From Candidatus Poribacteria bacterium (GTDB lineage Bacteria; Poribacteria; WGA-4E; WGA-3G), in contig CAXXUA010000005.1 of NCBI GenBank assembly GCA_963663765.2, positions 64,001-128,000 on the forward strand: a stretch of 64,000 bases of DNA, given 5' to 3'. Shown here piece by piece: positions 10,278-20,449 of this stretch. Positions within the stretch are counted from its first letter, which is position 1. Each line of letters opens with the position of its first letter. Both the position numbers and the translations under genes were made by a program. The notes beneath the pieces were generated by a model that worked only from the letters and a program-made list of their open reading frames with translations, made no database searches and had not been told where the DNA came from.

Positions 10278-10658
10278 ATGGCAAATTTTGAAAATCTACC
10301 AACGCAAATCAAAAAAATTGCAGCACCAATACTTCAGCAACATGAGAATATACACCAATGCTTCCTCGCGGGTTCTTCGTTAATAAGTCTTGATTATGTA
10401 TGGATCACGTCAAAACGCGTCATCGTATTTGATGAAAAGTTTATGGGACATCTTGCTATCACATCCGCAAATATCAGTTGTAATGTCTTATTTGAAGATA
10501 TCCGTACTGTCACACTTGTTCGATGCTTAAAACACCGTCTTTTGGGACAGGCTCGAATAGAAATACATGCCAAACGCTACATATACGGTATTGATAACAT
10601 GAACTATAACGAGGCAAAACTAGCACATCAACTAATTACAGAACATATACGGAGTTAA
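10278..10658 (+). CDS. Small bacterial PH-domain-like protein
   Basis: Pattern E.I..., ITSKRVIVFD, .I.TV and a C-terminal helix fits bPH families; first gene of the NfeD-flotillin unit. Confidence 0.6.
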   Translation: MANFENLPTQIKKIAAPILQQHENIHQCFLAGSSLISLDYVWITSKRVIVFDEKFMGHLAITSANISCNVLFEDIRTVTLVRCLKHRLLGQARIEIHAKRYIYGIDNMNYNEAKLAHQLITEHIRS

Positions 10659-10662
10659 TATT

Positions 10663-11409
10663 ATGCGCGAGTTTTGGGAATATCTTTCTGTTGCATACAA
10701 CGCATGGTTTACGGCGCCACTTGCAGTCGTCTTTCTATTCGCAATTTTTAGACTCATCCTCGGAGGTCTGGATTTTGGTGATGCCGATGTCGACGCTGAC
10801 GTAGATGCCGATGTCGATTTTGACGTAGATGCTGATGTTGACATTGACGTTGATGTTGATGTTGACGCCGACTTGGATGTTGATACAGATATCGATGCAG
10901 ACTCTGAATTAACTACGACTTCTGGGGCAAGTGGGAATGTCCTTGCAGACACTTTAGGTTTTCTGAACATCGGAAGAGTACCCTTTATGATTGTCGTGAT
11001 GACACTCTTCACAATTTGGGGGTTCACAGGTTTAGTCGTTAATGAAATCCTGAATGTCAAGGCCGCACCAAGTCCATTTTTTTGGATATCCTGTTCAGCT
11101 GCACTCGTATGTAGTATTTTAGGTACACGCTATCTATCCCTTGCACTCTCAAAGATTTTTCCTGAAAGTGACCCCGCTACAAGAGACCTTCACCTGCTTG
11201 GATTAAGAGGAAGAGTTATTAGCGGGCAAATAACTGAAACATTTGGTACAGCACGTGTACAAGTACCAGATGGCGATACATTAACTGTGACATGCCGTAA
11301 AATAAATGATGAACCGAACCCTGTAAAGGGTGATATTGTAATTCTTGTAAACTATGACCCCGAAAAACGCATTTTTGATGTAATACCTGTGGATGCGGAC
11401 TTGGAATAG
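10663..11409 (+). CDS. YqiJ/NfeD-like membrane OB-fold protein with an acidic (D-x)n repeat
   Basis: N-terminal TM segment, DADVDADV tract, LGFLNIGRVPFMI, further TM segments and a C-terminal OB-like domain; upstream of flotillin. Confidence 0.8.
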   Translation: MREFWEYLSVAYNAWFTAPLAVVFLFAIFRLILGGLDFGDADVDADVDADVDFDVDADVDIDVDVDVDADLDVDTDIDADSELTTTSGASGNVLADTLGFLNIGRVPFMIVVMTLFTIWGFTGLVVNEILNVKAAPSPFFWISCSAALVCSILGTRYLSLALSKIFPESDPATRDLHLLGLRGRVISGQITETFGTARVQVPDGDTLTVTCRKINDEPNPVKGDIVILVNYDPEKRIFDVIPVDADLE

Positions 11410-11457
11410 ACCGTAAAATCCATCACAAATCGACACTACTATCAAGGAGATAAAAAC

Positions 11458-13317
11458 ATGGGAAACCCTTTTGTGCTTATTGTCGGCAGTCTTATTGCCT
11501 TATTCGTTATTTTCGTACTTATATACAAATCGTTCTACAAAAAAGCCCCAGCTGATGCTGCATTAGTGATCGCAGGCGGAAGTAAGAAACGTGTCGTATT
11601 TGGTGGAACCCTCGTTAACCCAATTACAAACACCACACAGATCATTTCCTTAAATACATTGCAACTCCCTGTTGAACGTGAAGGACAAGCAGCTCTGATT
11701 ACTAAGGACAGTCTGCGTGTTGATATACAGGCAGAGTTCTATGTCAAAATTGAACCGAATGAACAAGACGTACTAAAAGCTGTAGCCAGTCTTGGAGAAA
11801 AAACCTTAACGCCACAAGCGGTAAATACGCTACTGGAAGGTAAACTAGTCGGTGTTCTAAGAAGCGTCGCTGCGACTATGGACTTGCAGGAACTGCACGA
11901 AAAACGCCAGGAATTTTCTGACCAAGTTCAGGAGGCTTGCCTTGAAGACCTTGAACAGAACGGCTTTAAACTCGAAACCGTGGCTATTACAAACCTTGAC
12001 CAAACACCTCTTGAGGCTCTTGATGAAAACAACCGATTTGATGTCGTTGCAATTCAGACCATCAAGAAGGAAGTAGAAGAAAGGCAAACTGAAACCGCAA
12101 AGATCGAGCATGAAAACAAGGTCAGACGTGAAGAAGATCGTCTCATTGCGGAACTCGAAATTAAGCAAAAGGAGGAGGAAACAGAAACAAAGGCTTTAGA
12201 AGTTGAACAACGCCTTGAATTCGCACAAGAAGAGCAGCGCAAGGAAATCGCTACGAACAAGGCTGAACAGGAACGCGCTGTTGAAGCACATAAGTTTGAG
12301 CAACTACAAGCAGTTGAGGAAGCACGCATAAAACAAGAACAAGCTGTAAAATCCGCCGAAATCTCACAAACTCAAAAAATTGAGATGGAACGTATTGAAC
12401 AAGAAAAACTGGTTGAAGAAAGCGAAATCTCACAAAAACAGGCAGTCGAAGTTGCCCGCGTGCAACAAGAACAAATGGTTGAAGAGGCAGAAATTCAGCG
12501 AAACCTCAGTATCGAAAAAGCAAAAATTGACCAAGAAGCATCTGTCAAAGAGACTGACATTGAACGCAAAATTATTCTGTTAGACAAAGAACGTGAAGAA
12601 AAAGAAGCAGAAGCTCAAAACGCAATTCTTATTTCATTGAAAGAAAAAGAACGCGAACAAGCACTCATTGAACTCTTGGAAATTTCAGCTGAAAAAGCAC
12701 GATCTGAAGCTGCCGTTGAAACCGCTGAAGCAATTGAAAAGGCTGAACGCGAAAGTAAAGTAGAACTAATTCGTGCTGAACAAGAAGCAGACGAGGAAAG
12801 AATCGCTAAAGAGAAAAATGCCGACGCTGAAGTATACACTATCGTCGAAACAGCAAAGGCAGAACTTGAAGCTGCCAAAGTCAAATCCGAAGCAACAATA
12901 GTTCTCGCTGAAGCACTCCTTGTTGAAGCTCAAGCAGAAGCCGAGGGTGAAGAAGCATTAATTTCAGCAAAAAATCAGGCTGAACCCAATGTGCTCGTGA
13001 GTGAGGCAGTACATGCACTCGTAGAAGCCTTACCCCAAGTTACCAATGAACTCATGAAACCTGCAGAACGCATAGAAAGCATTCGCGTACTTGATTTAGG
13101 TGGAAGTGGCAATGGTAATTCCGGTGGGATGAACCGCATACTCAGTTCTATCATCAACGCCGGCGCAGCAATGCCACTCCTTAAGGAACTGGTAAACTTC
13201 AGCGATATTGATACAGCAAAAATCGGTAGTACAATTTCCGACTATGCTAAAGGTCTTACACAGAACAATGTTTCCGATTCAAATACTGAACCTGAACCTG
13301 ATCCTGCTTCTGAATAG
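11458..13317 (+). CDS. Flotillin/SPFH (YqiK-like) protein
   Basis: N-terminal TM, SPFH domain (ALITKDSLRVDIQAEFYVK, LDENNRFD), long EA-rich coiled coil, LMKPAERIESIRV. Confidence 0.92.
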   Translation: MGNPFVLIVGSLIALFVIFVLIYKSFYKKAPADAALVIAGGSKKRVVFGGTLVNPITNTTQIISLNTLQLPVEREGQAALITKDSLRVDIQAEFYVKIEPNEQDVLKAVASLGEKTLTPQAVNTLLEGKLVGVLRSVAATMDLQELHEKRQEFSDQVQEACLEDLEQNGFKLETVAITNLDQTPLEALDENNRFDVVAIQTIKKEVEERQTETAKIEHENKVRREEDRLIAELEIKQKEEETETKALEVEQRLEFAQEEQRKEIATNKAEQERAVEAHKFEQLQAVEEARIKQEQAVKSAEISQTQKIEMERIEQEKLVEESEISQKQAVEVARVQQEQMVEEAEIQRNLSIEKAKIDQEASVKETDIERKIILLDKEREEKEAEAQNAILISLKEKEREQALIELLEISAEKARSEAAVETAEAIEKAERESKVELIRAEQEADEERIAKEKNADAEVYTIVETAKAELEAAKVKSEATIVLAEALLVEAQAEAEGEEALISAKNQAEPNVLVSEAVHALVEALPQVTNELMKPAERIESIRVLDLGGSGNGNSGGMNRILSSIINAGAAMPLLKELVNFSDIDTAKIGSTISDYAKGLTQNNVSDSNTEPEPDPASE

Positions 13318-13400
13318 ATTCGCAACACTCAAGCAATCTGGCTACTAACGTTACTGTATTTGTTGTAACACACTGTTATTCATTATACCTATTTGGTCGC

Positions 13401-13448
13401 ATAGGGTATCTTCGTCCCAGAACATACGCCATCACGAAGATACCCTAT
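13401..13448. terminator. Perfect 15-bp stem hairpin after flotillin (terminator or REP-like)
   Basis: ATAGGGTATCTTCGT-18nt-ACGAAGATACCCTAT. Confidence 0.55.
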
Positions 13449-13557
13449 TATACATTTATCAGGCTATAATATGGCAACCATCGCAATCCGATACAACACA
13501 CGAATTTATATCTCTTAAAAACATTATAAATTTGATTGAAAAGGAGAGTTATCTATC

Positions 13558-14052
13558 ATGGTCGAAGTAAATATTGAATTTCTAACTATTGACCGGAGCA
13601 CACGCACACCAGTCGTCGTCTTAAAAGAAAAAGAAGGTGAATCCAAAAGGATTCTGTTGATTTGGATCGACGAACCGGAAGCAAGCGCAATCGAGACAAA
13701 ACTCAGGGATATTACTCCACAACGTCCAATGACACATGACCTGCTCAGAAATGTCATTGAAACAATCTCTGCTACCGTCAAATCTGTCTGTATCACGGCA
13801 ATTGAAAAGACAACATTTTTCGCTGAAGTGGAACTTGAACTAAATGGACATAAACACAATATTGATTCGCGTCCGAGTGATGCCCTTGCACTCGCTTTGC
13901 GTTGTGAAGCACCTATTTATGTAGAAGAAAAAGTCATTGACGAAAACGGATTCCTTGAAGCAGATATAAAAAAAGAGGAACCAACACAACGCGACGCAAA
14001 AGACGTATTAGAAAACATGGATGATGATATCGTAAAGAATTACACCGTTTAA
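13558..14052 (+). CDS. Bifunctional nuclease (DUF151) family protein
   Basis: Motifs RPMTHDLL, IDSRPSDALALALR, PIYV. Confidence 0.93.
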   Translation: MVEVNIEFLTIDRSTRTPVVVLKEKEGESKRILLIWIDEPEASAIETKLRDITPQRPMTHDLLRNVIETISATVKSVCITAIEKTTFFAEVELELNGHKHNIDSRPSDALALALRCEAPIYVEEKVIDENGFLEADIKKEEPTQRDAKDVLENMDDDIVKNYTV

Positions 14053-14141
14053 CCAAAAACGCAACATCAATAGTTCAAAATATACAATTCTCACAGTTAG
14101 CTTTACTTAGAACAACTTTTCAGCAGAAACATAGATTTATC

Positions 14142-15047
14142 ATGTCAAACTCATTCAGCAAAAACTTCATAGTACTACATGAAGATTGTACAACAGCGTT
14201 GGATGCCAAGCATTTTATATCAAAAATAGACCTATCCTTTCTCGATCCGCCGTTCAATCAAGATAAAGTTTACAGTCAATGGAATGACAACTTACCACCA
14301 GAAAAATACTGGGAATGGATGCAGGAGATATGCTCAAATATTTACACTTTAACTTCCGACGGTGGTGCTATCTATTTCATGCAACGCGAAAAAAACACTG
14401 AATTCGTTTTGCAGTGCTTACGCGATAGTGGGTGGACTTTTCAAAATCTGATTGTCTGGAAAAAGAAAACATCAGCAGTTCCAGGAATGAAACGATTCGG
14501 CAAACACTATCAGATAATCGGTTATGCTACAAAGGGCAAAACACCACGCGTTTTCAATCGATTACGTATTGATCCACCGCTGCCAGCAAATTACAAATAT
14601 GTCCGTGAAAACGGAATGTTCGTCACTGACGTATGGGATGATATTCGGGAATTAACCTCCGGATACTTTGCTGGTGATGAAGCGTTACGCGATGCAGAAG
14701 GGAATCGCTTACACAAACAGCAAACCCCTATCCAACTCCTCCTTCGGATTATCCTTTCCTCCACAAATCCTGGTGATGTCGTACTCGACCCGTTTGCTGG
14801 CTCAGGTACAACATTAGTTGTGTCAAAACAGTTAGAACGAAAATCAATCGGTATTGAACTTGACAAGTTTAATGTAGAACTCATTCATAACAGATTTACC
14901 GAAAAGAGAGAATCAGATGATGTCCTCCGCTATTACAAGGATTACGCATGCACTCCAGATTTGGAAGCAATTTGGGAAAATAAACAATTAGTACCACATA
15001 ATCCAGACTTTTCTAAGCAGATGAAACTTTTTGAATCAAAGCAATAA
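14142..15047 (+). CDS. Amino (N4C/N6A) DNA methyltransferase, beta-type motif order
   Basis: Catalytic DPPF is N-terminal; SAM motif VLDPFAGSGTT is C-terminal. Confidence 0.9.
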   Translation: MSNSFSKNFIVLHEDCTTALDAKHFISKIDLSFLDPPFNQDKVYSQWNDNLPPEKYWEWMQEICSNIYTLTSDGGAIYFMQREKNTEFVLQCLRDSGWTFQNLIVWKKKTSAVPGMKRFGKHYQIIGYATKGKTPRVFNRLRIDPPLPANYKYVRENGMFVTDVWDDIRELTSGYFAGDEALRDAEGNRLHKQQTPIQLLLRIILSSTNPGDVVLDPFAGSGTTLVVSKQLERKSIGIELDKFNVELIHNRFTEKRESDDVLRYYKDYACTPDLEAIWENKQLVPHNPDFSKQMKLFESKQ

Positions 15048-15892
15048 TGGCTCACTCAATCTACCACTTCTTTGCGGACTTGTGCCAGAAAAAAGAGGAA
15101 TTCCTCTCAGACAAAAAACTTGAGAGTTTCCCATTCGATAAGAAGATGCTTTCTTGTGTGAACAGTGGGAGATTTCCCGATTTAGCCATCAAACTTAGTC
15201 ACAGAAATTTCCAATTTACTGGTGGAGAATTAATTGAACTCAAAGATAGCAAAACCTATTCGGTTGCTTCTTTTAATTCGACGATTCCAACAGGTGAAAA
15301 GAATATTGAAAAGTTAATTCAAGGTAACAAGAATACTATCCGTACACAGATGCAAGAAGCAGGTAATGATATACTTTCTTTACCGACTCGCCAAGTTTTC
15401 TATCTGATTCGTGGGAGAAAACAAGCAAATATAAAAGTGTGCTTGACACACGGAAAATTTTTTGAGACAATCTCTGTTTCAAAACTTATTTCACAGTCTT
15501 TTTCTCAAGCCATGGAAGAACGTTTAAACGAACGAGGTGAATCCTTGTCAGCAGAAATGCGAGAAAAATTATTAGATCTATTCAGTGAACAACAAACCTT
15601 CAGTAAAGTGAGAAATGTAGATAACGCATCAGTAAAACTCCGTTTTCGTATTATGACTGAAGTTAAAGCTGGAGCAAACATTATAAATCCGCATCACTAT
15701 TCTCAAATTCTTGACAACACACTGAACTTTGCAGTACCGTGTCATGGTGAAACCGAGCAGAATCAACAACACAATAAAATGAAAATTGCCTTTGAAGAAA
15801 TGGGTTGTGTCAATTTATTTTCACTAATGGATGTTTTTAACCTCCAACACCATTTTAATGGAAATTTTCTCATTTTTCAGGTTAATCTATAA
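15047..15892 (+). CDS. Putative PD-(D/E)XK restriction endonuclease
   Basis: FPDLAI...ELIELKD motif; overlaps the MTase stop (TAATG); flanked by two MTases. Confidence 0.65.
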   Translation: MAHSIYHFFADLCQKKEEFLSDKKLESFPFDKKMLSCVNSGRFPDLAIKLSHRNFQFTGGELIELKDSKTYSVASFNSTIPTGEKNIEKLIQGNKNTIRTQMQEAGNDILSLPTRQVFYLIRGRKQANIKVCLTHGKFFETISVSKLISQSFSQAMEERLNERGESLSAEMREKLLDLFSEQQTFSKVRNVDNASVKLRFRIMTEVKAGANIINPHHYSQILDNTLNFAVPCHGETEQNQQHNKMKIAFEEMGCVNLFSLMDVFNLQHHFNGNFLIFQVNL

Positions 15893-15936
15893 TCCAGATT
15901 ATCAATCTAATAACTGCCACAAATGTTACATAATTT

Positions 15937-17094
15937 ATGACTTCAATGCAATTAACCTTTGATTTTTACCAACCCAAACGTTATTCTGCTGATATTCCAA
16001 TTGAAGTAGACGAGTATTGGACTGCAAAACAGCGCGCCGGACATTCCATCCACGAAATATCATATCGTGCCTGTTACAAACCGCAATTACCAGCTTACTT
16101 TATCAACAAGTATTGCAAAAAGGAATCTGTCGTTTATGACCCGTTTATGGGGCGCGGTACTACCTTAATAGAAGCACAACTACATGGACATCGTGCTATT
16201 GGAAACGACATAAACCCGCTGTCAATAATCCTTACATCTCCCCGTCTCAAACCGCCTACATTAGCAGAAATTGATAAGAGACTGTCTGAAGTTGACCTAT
16301 CGTTTGATGATAATATCGATCCAGACCTATTAGTGTTCTTCCATGAGGACACACTCAGAGAAATCTATGGATGGCGAACCTATTTCCAACAAGAAAAACT
16401 CGACAAGGTTGATGCTTGGTTACAGATGGTTGCATGCAGTCGACTCACCGGGCATTCTACTGGATTTTTCTCTGTTTTCACACTCCCACCGAATCTCGCA
16501 GCTTCAGTCAATTCACAACGCAAAATCAACGAAAAACGAAACCAAATTCCAGAATATCGCAACACAAAATCATTGATACTCAGAAAATCAAAACAGTTGT
16601 TGCGCCATGAGTTACCCACTCTTTTTTCGCGCGACGATGCTTTACTACTCACAGAGTCAGCAGACAACACAGAACAGATATCTGACGAATCGGTTGACTT
16701 GGTTGTCACTTCACCTCCGTTTCTTGATACTGTTGACTATGAACAAGACAACTGGCTGCGAATGTGGTTCTGCAATATAGAGATTGAAGCAGGTAAAATC
16801 TGGCAATTAAAATCTTTAGAGGATTGGGTTGAACGGATGACAGGCGTTTTTGTTGAACTGCATCGGGTATTAAAATCTACTGGAAAAATTGCTTTTGAGG
16901 TAGGAGAGGTTCGCAAAGGAACTGTTCTTTTAGAAAATGCTGTGGTTAAAGCATCTTTGGATGCAGGATTTCTCCCTGAGATGTTGATGATTAATGCACA
17001 AGGCTTCACAAAGACAGCGAATTGCTGGGGTGTTGCTAATAACAACAAAGGCACAAACAGCAATCGTATTGTTATCCTAAAGAAGGTTGCTTAG
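15937..17094 (+). CDS. DNA methyltransferase, probable N4C (SPPF), alpha-type motif order
   Basis: N-terminal YDPFMGRGTT and C-terminal VVTSPPF. Confidence 0.85.
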   Translation: MTSMQLTFDFYQPKRYSADIPIEVDEYWTAKQRAGHSIHEISYRACYKPQLPAYFINKYCKKESVVYDPFMGRGTTLIEAQLHGHRAIGNDINPLSIILTSPRLKPPTLAEIDKRLSEVDLSFDDNIDPDLLVFFHEDTLREIYGWRTYFQQEKLDKVDAWLQMVACSRLTGHSTGFFSVFTLPPNLAASVNSQRKINEKRNQIPEYRNTKSLILRKSKQLLRHELPTLFSRDDALLLTESADNTEQISDESVDLVVTSPPFLDTVDYEQDNWLRMWFCNIEIEAGKIWQLKSLEDWVERMTGVFVELHRVLKSTGKIAFEVGEVRKGTVLLENAVVKASLDAGFLPEMLMINAQGFTKTANCWGVANNNKGTNSNRIVILKKVA

Positions 17095-17108
17095 TATTGT
17101 AAGGAGGA

Positions 17109-18821
17109 ATGATTATGAAAAAACATCTATACAAAATATGGCTTCTAACGTTCTTTGTAATGGTATTCCAAATTTCTATTAGCATTAACGCATTTTCTAA
17201 AGACATAGAGTTCGACGAACTACCTAAAGCAATACAGAAAATCGCTTTGCGGGAAATTGGAGACGTGCCAATCGATGATATCGACAGAAACGAAGATGAT
17301 GGAGAGATTATTTATGATGTAGAAGCAGAAAACGATAGGATTAAAATTGAGTTAGAGATAGCATCTGATGGAACGCTTTTGCAGAGGGATATTACTGAGG
17401 AAATTTCTTTCTCTGAACTTCCCAAACCTGTCCAAGATACAGTTCGTCGTCACATAGGAACGTTGGAGATTGACGATATGGAACGGAAAACAGAACTCGG
17501 TGCAGTCGTATTTTACGATGTTGAAGCGGATGATATGGGAATAGAGATCGACCTTGAGATCGCACCTGATGGAACTTTGATAGATAAGGACCTGAGTGAT
17601 CCTATTGAGCTGAGGGTGGAGTTGGTAGCAAAATCTAAACTACCAACGCTTAAAGATATATCACCTTATCGGGAAGCACTCGTATTTTACGAGTACAGTC
17701 TACAGAAACGGATTGATGGAGAATTTAAAGGGAAAAAACTGCGGGTTGCACATTGGGCAATTTACGATAACCAGCCGCAAACAATTGGCAAAACTAAAAT
17801 TGGATCATCACAAACATTAGAACTATATCCTTACCAACAATTTGTTGAATTGGAAAGCATCTATACAAGTGATACACTTGCGTTAGACGCTGACGTCCCT
17901 CTCTATCACGATATTGGACAGAAGATTCATGAGAACCGTACTATTGATGACCGATTCGACTACGACTCCATTCTCTCCGAAAAAATGCCGGTATTCTGGA
18001 AACTCAAAAATCAACTGAAACTTATCGCATTGGGCGACTCGCGATGTGAATTGGGAATTCGAGCCGAAATGTTTTACCCAGAGGAAAATCGCAAAACCCC
18101 AGTAGCATACAACCTTTCAATTTCGGGCGGGTCATTGGAATTTCAAAAAGTTGTTGTTGATGAATATCTTGTGAAAATGCCTAACTTGGAATGGGTAGTA
18201 TATCAAATGTCACCGCGCGTCCTTAATAGATACTTTGGAAAGTCAGATGAAGTAGAATTGATGAAAAGCGATGGTTATAAATTCGATTTGCAGCATGCTG
18301 AAGGACTCTGGCGTAGTGCCGACACGGACAACAATAAAAAGACGGTAGCCGATATCGCTTCAATACCTTATGCTGGCGTATATTGGTGTGAACGCCCATG
18401 GGGATGGAAGTACAGAAATGATGTCTGGCAAAATCCTAAAACGGATGATGATTTTAAGGAACGGTGGGAAATCTCCGAAAAACGGTGGAACCGGTTGAAA
18501 GCAATGATCGCTTCATTAAAAGAACGTGATGTCCAAATGCTACTATATCTGCCTCCTTTTCACCCAATTATGCGTGGTGAACTTGTTGTGGATGATGACG
18601 GTACAACGCAGGAAGGATATCGGGAACTTGTTGATCGATTGAAAAAGTTAGAAAAACAGTATCCGAACTTCGTCTTCGTTGACTTCATGCAGAATGGAGA
18701 TCACGATTTTACTGCAGAGATGTTCAAAGACCTTGACCACATGAATGCGCTTGGGGCTACAAAGTTGACACAAAAACTTGAAAATATTAGACAACGTCAC
18801 ACAAAAAAACAGCGGAGATAA
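17109..18821 (+). CDS. Secreted protein: two PepSY-like repeats, a beta domain and an SGNH-like (DltD/DUF1574-like) domain
   Basis: Signal peptide; two ELPK..Q...YDVEA..LEIA.DGTL repeats; LGDSR and DLDHMN..GA SGNH-type motifs. Confidence 0.6.
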   Translation: MIMKKHLYKIWLLTFFVMVFQISISINAFSKDIEFDELPKAIQKIALREIGDVPIDDIDRNEDDGEIIYDVEAENDRIKIELEIASDGTLLQRDITEEISFSELPKPVQDTVRRHIGTLEIDDMERKTELGAVVFYDVEADDMGIEIDLEIAPDGTLIDKDLSDPIELRVELVAKSKLPTLKDISPYREALVFYEYSLQKRIDGEFKGKKLRVAHWAIYDNQPQTIGKTKIGSSQTLELYPYQQFVELESIYTSDTLALDADVPLYHDIGQKIHENRTIDDRFDYDSILSEKMPVFWKLKNQLKLIALGDSRCELGIRAEMFYPEENRKTPVAYNLSISGGSLEFQKVVVDEYLVKMPNLEWVVYQMSPRVLNRYFGKSDEVELMKSDGYKFDLQHAEGLWRSADTDNNKKTVADIASIPYAGVYWCERPWGWKYRNDVWQNPKTDDDFKERWEISEKRWNRLKAMIASLKERDVQMLLYLPPFHPIMRGELVVDDDGTTQEGYRELVDRLKKLEKQYPNFVFVDFMQNGDHDFTAEMFKDLDHMNALGATKLTQKLENIRQRHTKKQRR

Positions 18822-18949
18822 TGGAGGATGGATACTTTAGTAGATTTAAAATTATCTATACACTTCGACCAGTGAGGTTAGGAATCCTTGTCTACCGTGT
18901 GAGGTCGCTATCCGCTGAACGGAAAAGAAGACAATCAGGTTAATTTCGT

Positions 18950-20353
18950 ATGGTTTTCAGTTCACATATTTTCGTCTATTACTTCCTCCCATTTGCGCTG
19001 CTAACCTACTACTTACTCCCTCGTCAAGCAAAGCATTTTGGACTCACGCTCCTAAGTTATCTGTTTTACGGGTGGGCAAACCCACCGTTTGCGTTGTTGA
19101 TGTTTGCGTCAACCGTAATTGATTACACGTGTGGTCATGTTATCGCTGGGAGTGAACATCACCGTAGACGCAGACTGGCGTTGACGATTTCTATATGCTC
19201 AAATTTATCTCTTTTAGGATTTTTCAAATACTTTAACTTTGGAATATCTAACTTCAATACTATTCTCGGATGGTTAGGAAACCCGATATGGGAGGGTGTT
19301 CTTCAGGTAACACTTCCGCTCGGAATCAGTTTCTATACCTTCCAATCGATGAGTTATACAATAGATGTCTATAGAGGTGATGCCAAAGCAATTCAGAATT
19401 TTATTAATTTTGCCTGTTATGTATCAATGTTCCCGCAACTCGTCGCAGGACCAATAATTCGGTTTTCAGAGATTGCAGACCAACTCCGACATCGCATGCA
19501 TACGTTGCAAAAGTTTGCGCGAGGAATCGCTTTTTTCGCATTGGGTATGGCAAAGAAGGTTTTGTTAGCGAACCCATGTGGTAAGTGTGCTGACACAGTA
19601 TTTGATGCGGGTATAGTCAGTACACTTGATGCATGGTATGGTACGATTGCTTATGCGTTTCAAATCTATTTTGATTTTAGCGGTTATTCTGACATGGCAA
19701 TCGGTTTAGGGTTAATGTTAGGCTTTACCTTTCCCAAAAATTTTGATTCCCCTTATCGGTCGGAATCTTTTACTGATTTTTGGCGCAAATGGCATATTTC
19801 GCTATCCAGTTGGTTGCGTGACTATCTCTATATTCCACTTGGTGGTAATCGTCAAGGGCAAACACGAACATACCTCAATTTAGCTCTTGTGATGTTGCTT
19901 GGGGGACTATGGCACGGCGCATCATGGAATTTTGTCATCTGGGGTGGCATTCATGGTGGTATGTTGGCACTTGAGCGAAATAGAGGCAAGACAAGTTATT
20001 ACGAAACTTTACCGAAGATATTAAGAATTTCAATGACTTTTTTTCTAGTGTTAATCACATGGGTTTTCTTCCGTGCTACCGATTTGACGCATGCACTTAC
20101 ATACTTACGGTGTATGTTCAGCAGTGCTGAAGTCCAACCATCTACCAATATAATCGCAGGTATTTTATATCAACCCTACTATCTGTTGACAATATGTGTG
20201 GCTGTGATTGTCGTCTGGTGTCTGCCACAGACGTGGCAGTGGACACAACGATTGACACCAATTAGAATGGCAATCAGTCTTATATTGTTACTAATCTCTC
20301 TTGCGGTTATGTCAACACAAGCGTATAATCCATTCATCTATTTCATTTTTTAG
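18950..20353 (+). CDS. algI: MBOAT O-acyltransferase (AlgI/DltB/PatA family)
   Basis: Motifs LPLGISFYTFQ, FPQLVAGPI, QIYFDFSGYSDMAIG, FWRKWHISLS, GLWHGA. Confidence 0.9.
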   Translation: MVFSSHIFVYYFLPFALLTYYLLPRQAKHFGLTLLSYLFYGWANPPFALLMFASTVIDYTCGHVIAGSEHHRRRRLALTISICSNLSLLGFFKYFNFGISNFNTILGWLGNPIWEGVLQVTLPLGISFYTFQSMSYTIDVYRGDAKAIQNFINFACYVSMFPQLVAGPIIRFSEIADQLRHRMHTLQKFARGIAFFALGMAKKVLLANPCGKCADTVFDAGIVSTLDAWYGTIAYAFQIYFDFSGYSDMAIGLGLMLGFTFPKNFDSPYRSESFTDFWRKWHISLSSWLRDYLYIPLGGNRQGQTRTYLNLALVMLLGGLWHGASWNFVIWGGIHGGMLALERNRGKTSYYETLPKILRISMTFFLVLITWVFFRATDLTHALTYLRCMFSSAEVQPSTNIIAGILYQPYYLLTICVAVIVVWCLPQTWQWTQRLTPIRMAISLILLLISLAVMSTQAYNPFIYFIF

Positions 20354-20449
20354 ATTCTTGTAAGCGAAGCGTTAAACCCGTTGACTTGAAGATTGGGTTT
20401 AAAAACACTCATCATATAGGACATCGGACTTAAAACAAAAAAATTAGAA

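Noticed and set aside
10632-11060. Ser/Thr-rich minus-strand ORF (STSAST)
   Set aside because: Antisense shadow of the D-x repeat.
9722-17094. Genomic island integrated at ssrA carrying the RM genes
   Set aside because: No integrase and no duplicated ssrA 3' end were seen.
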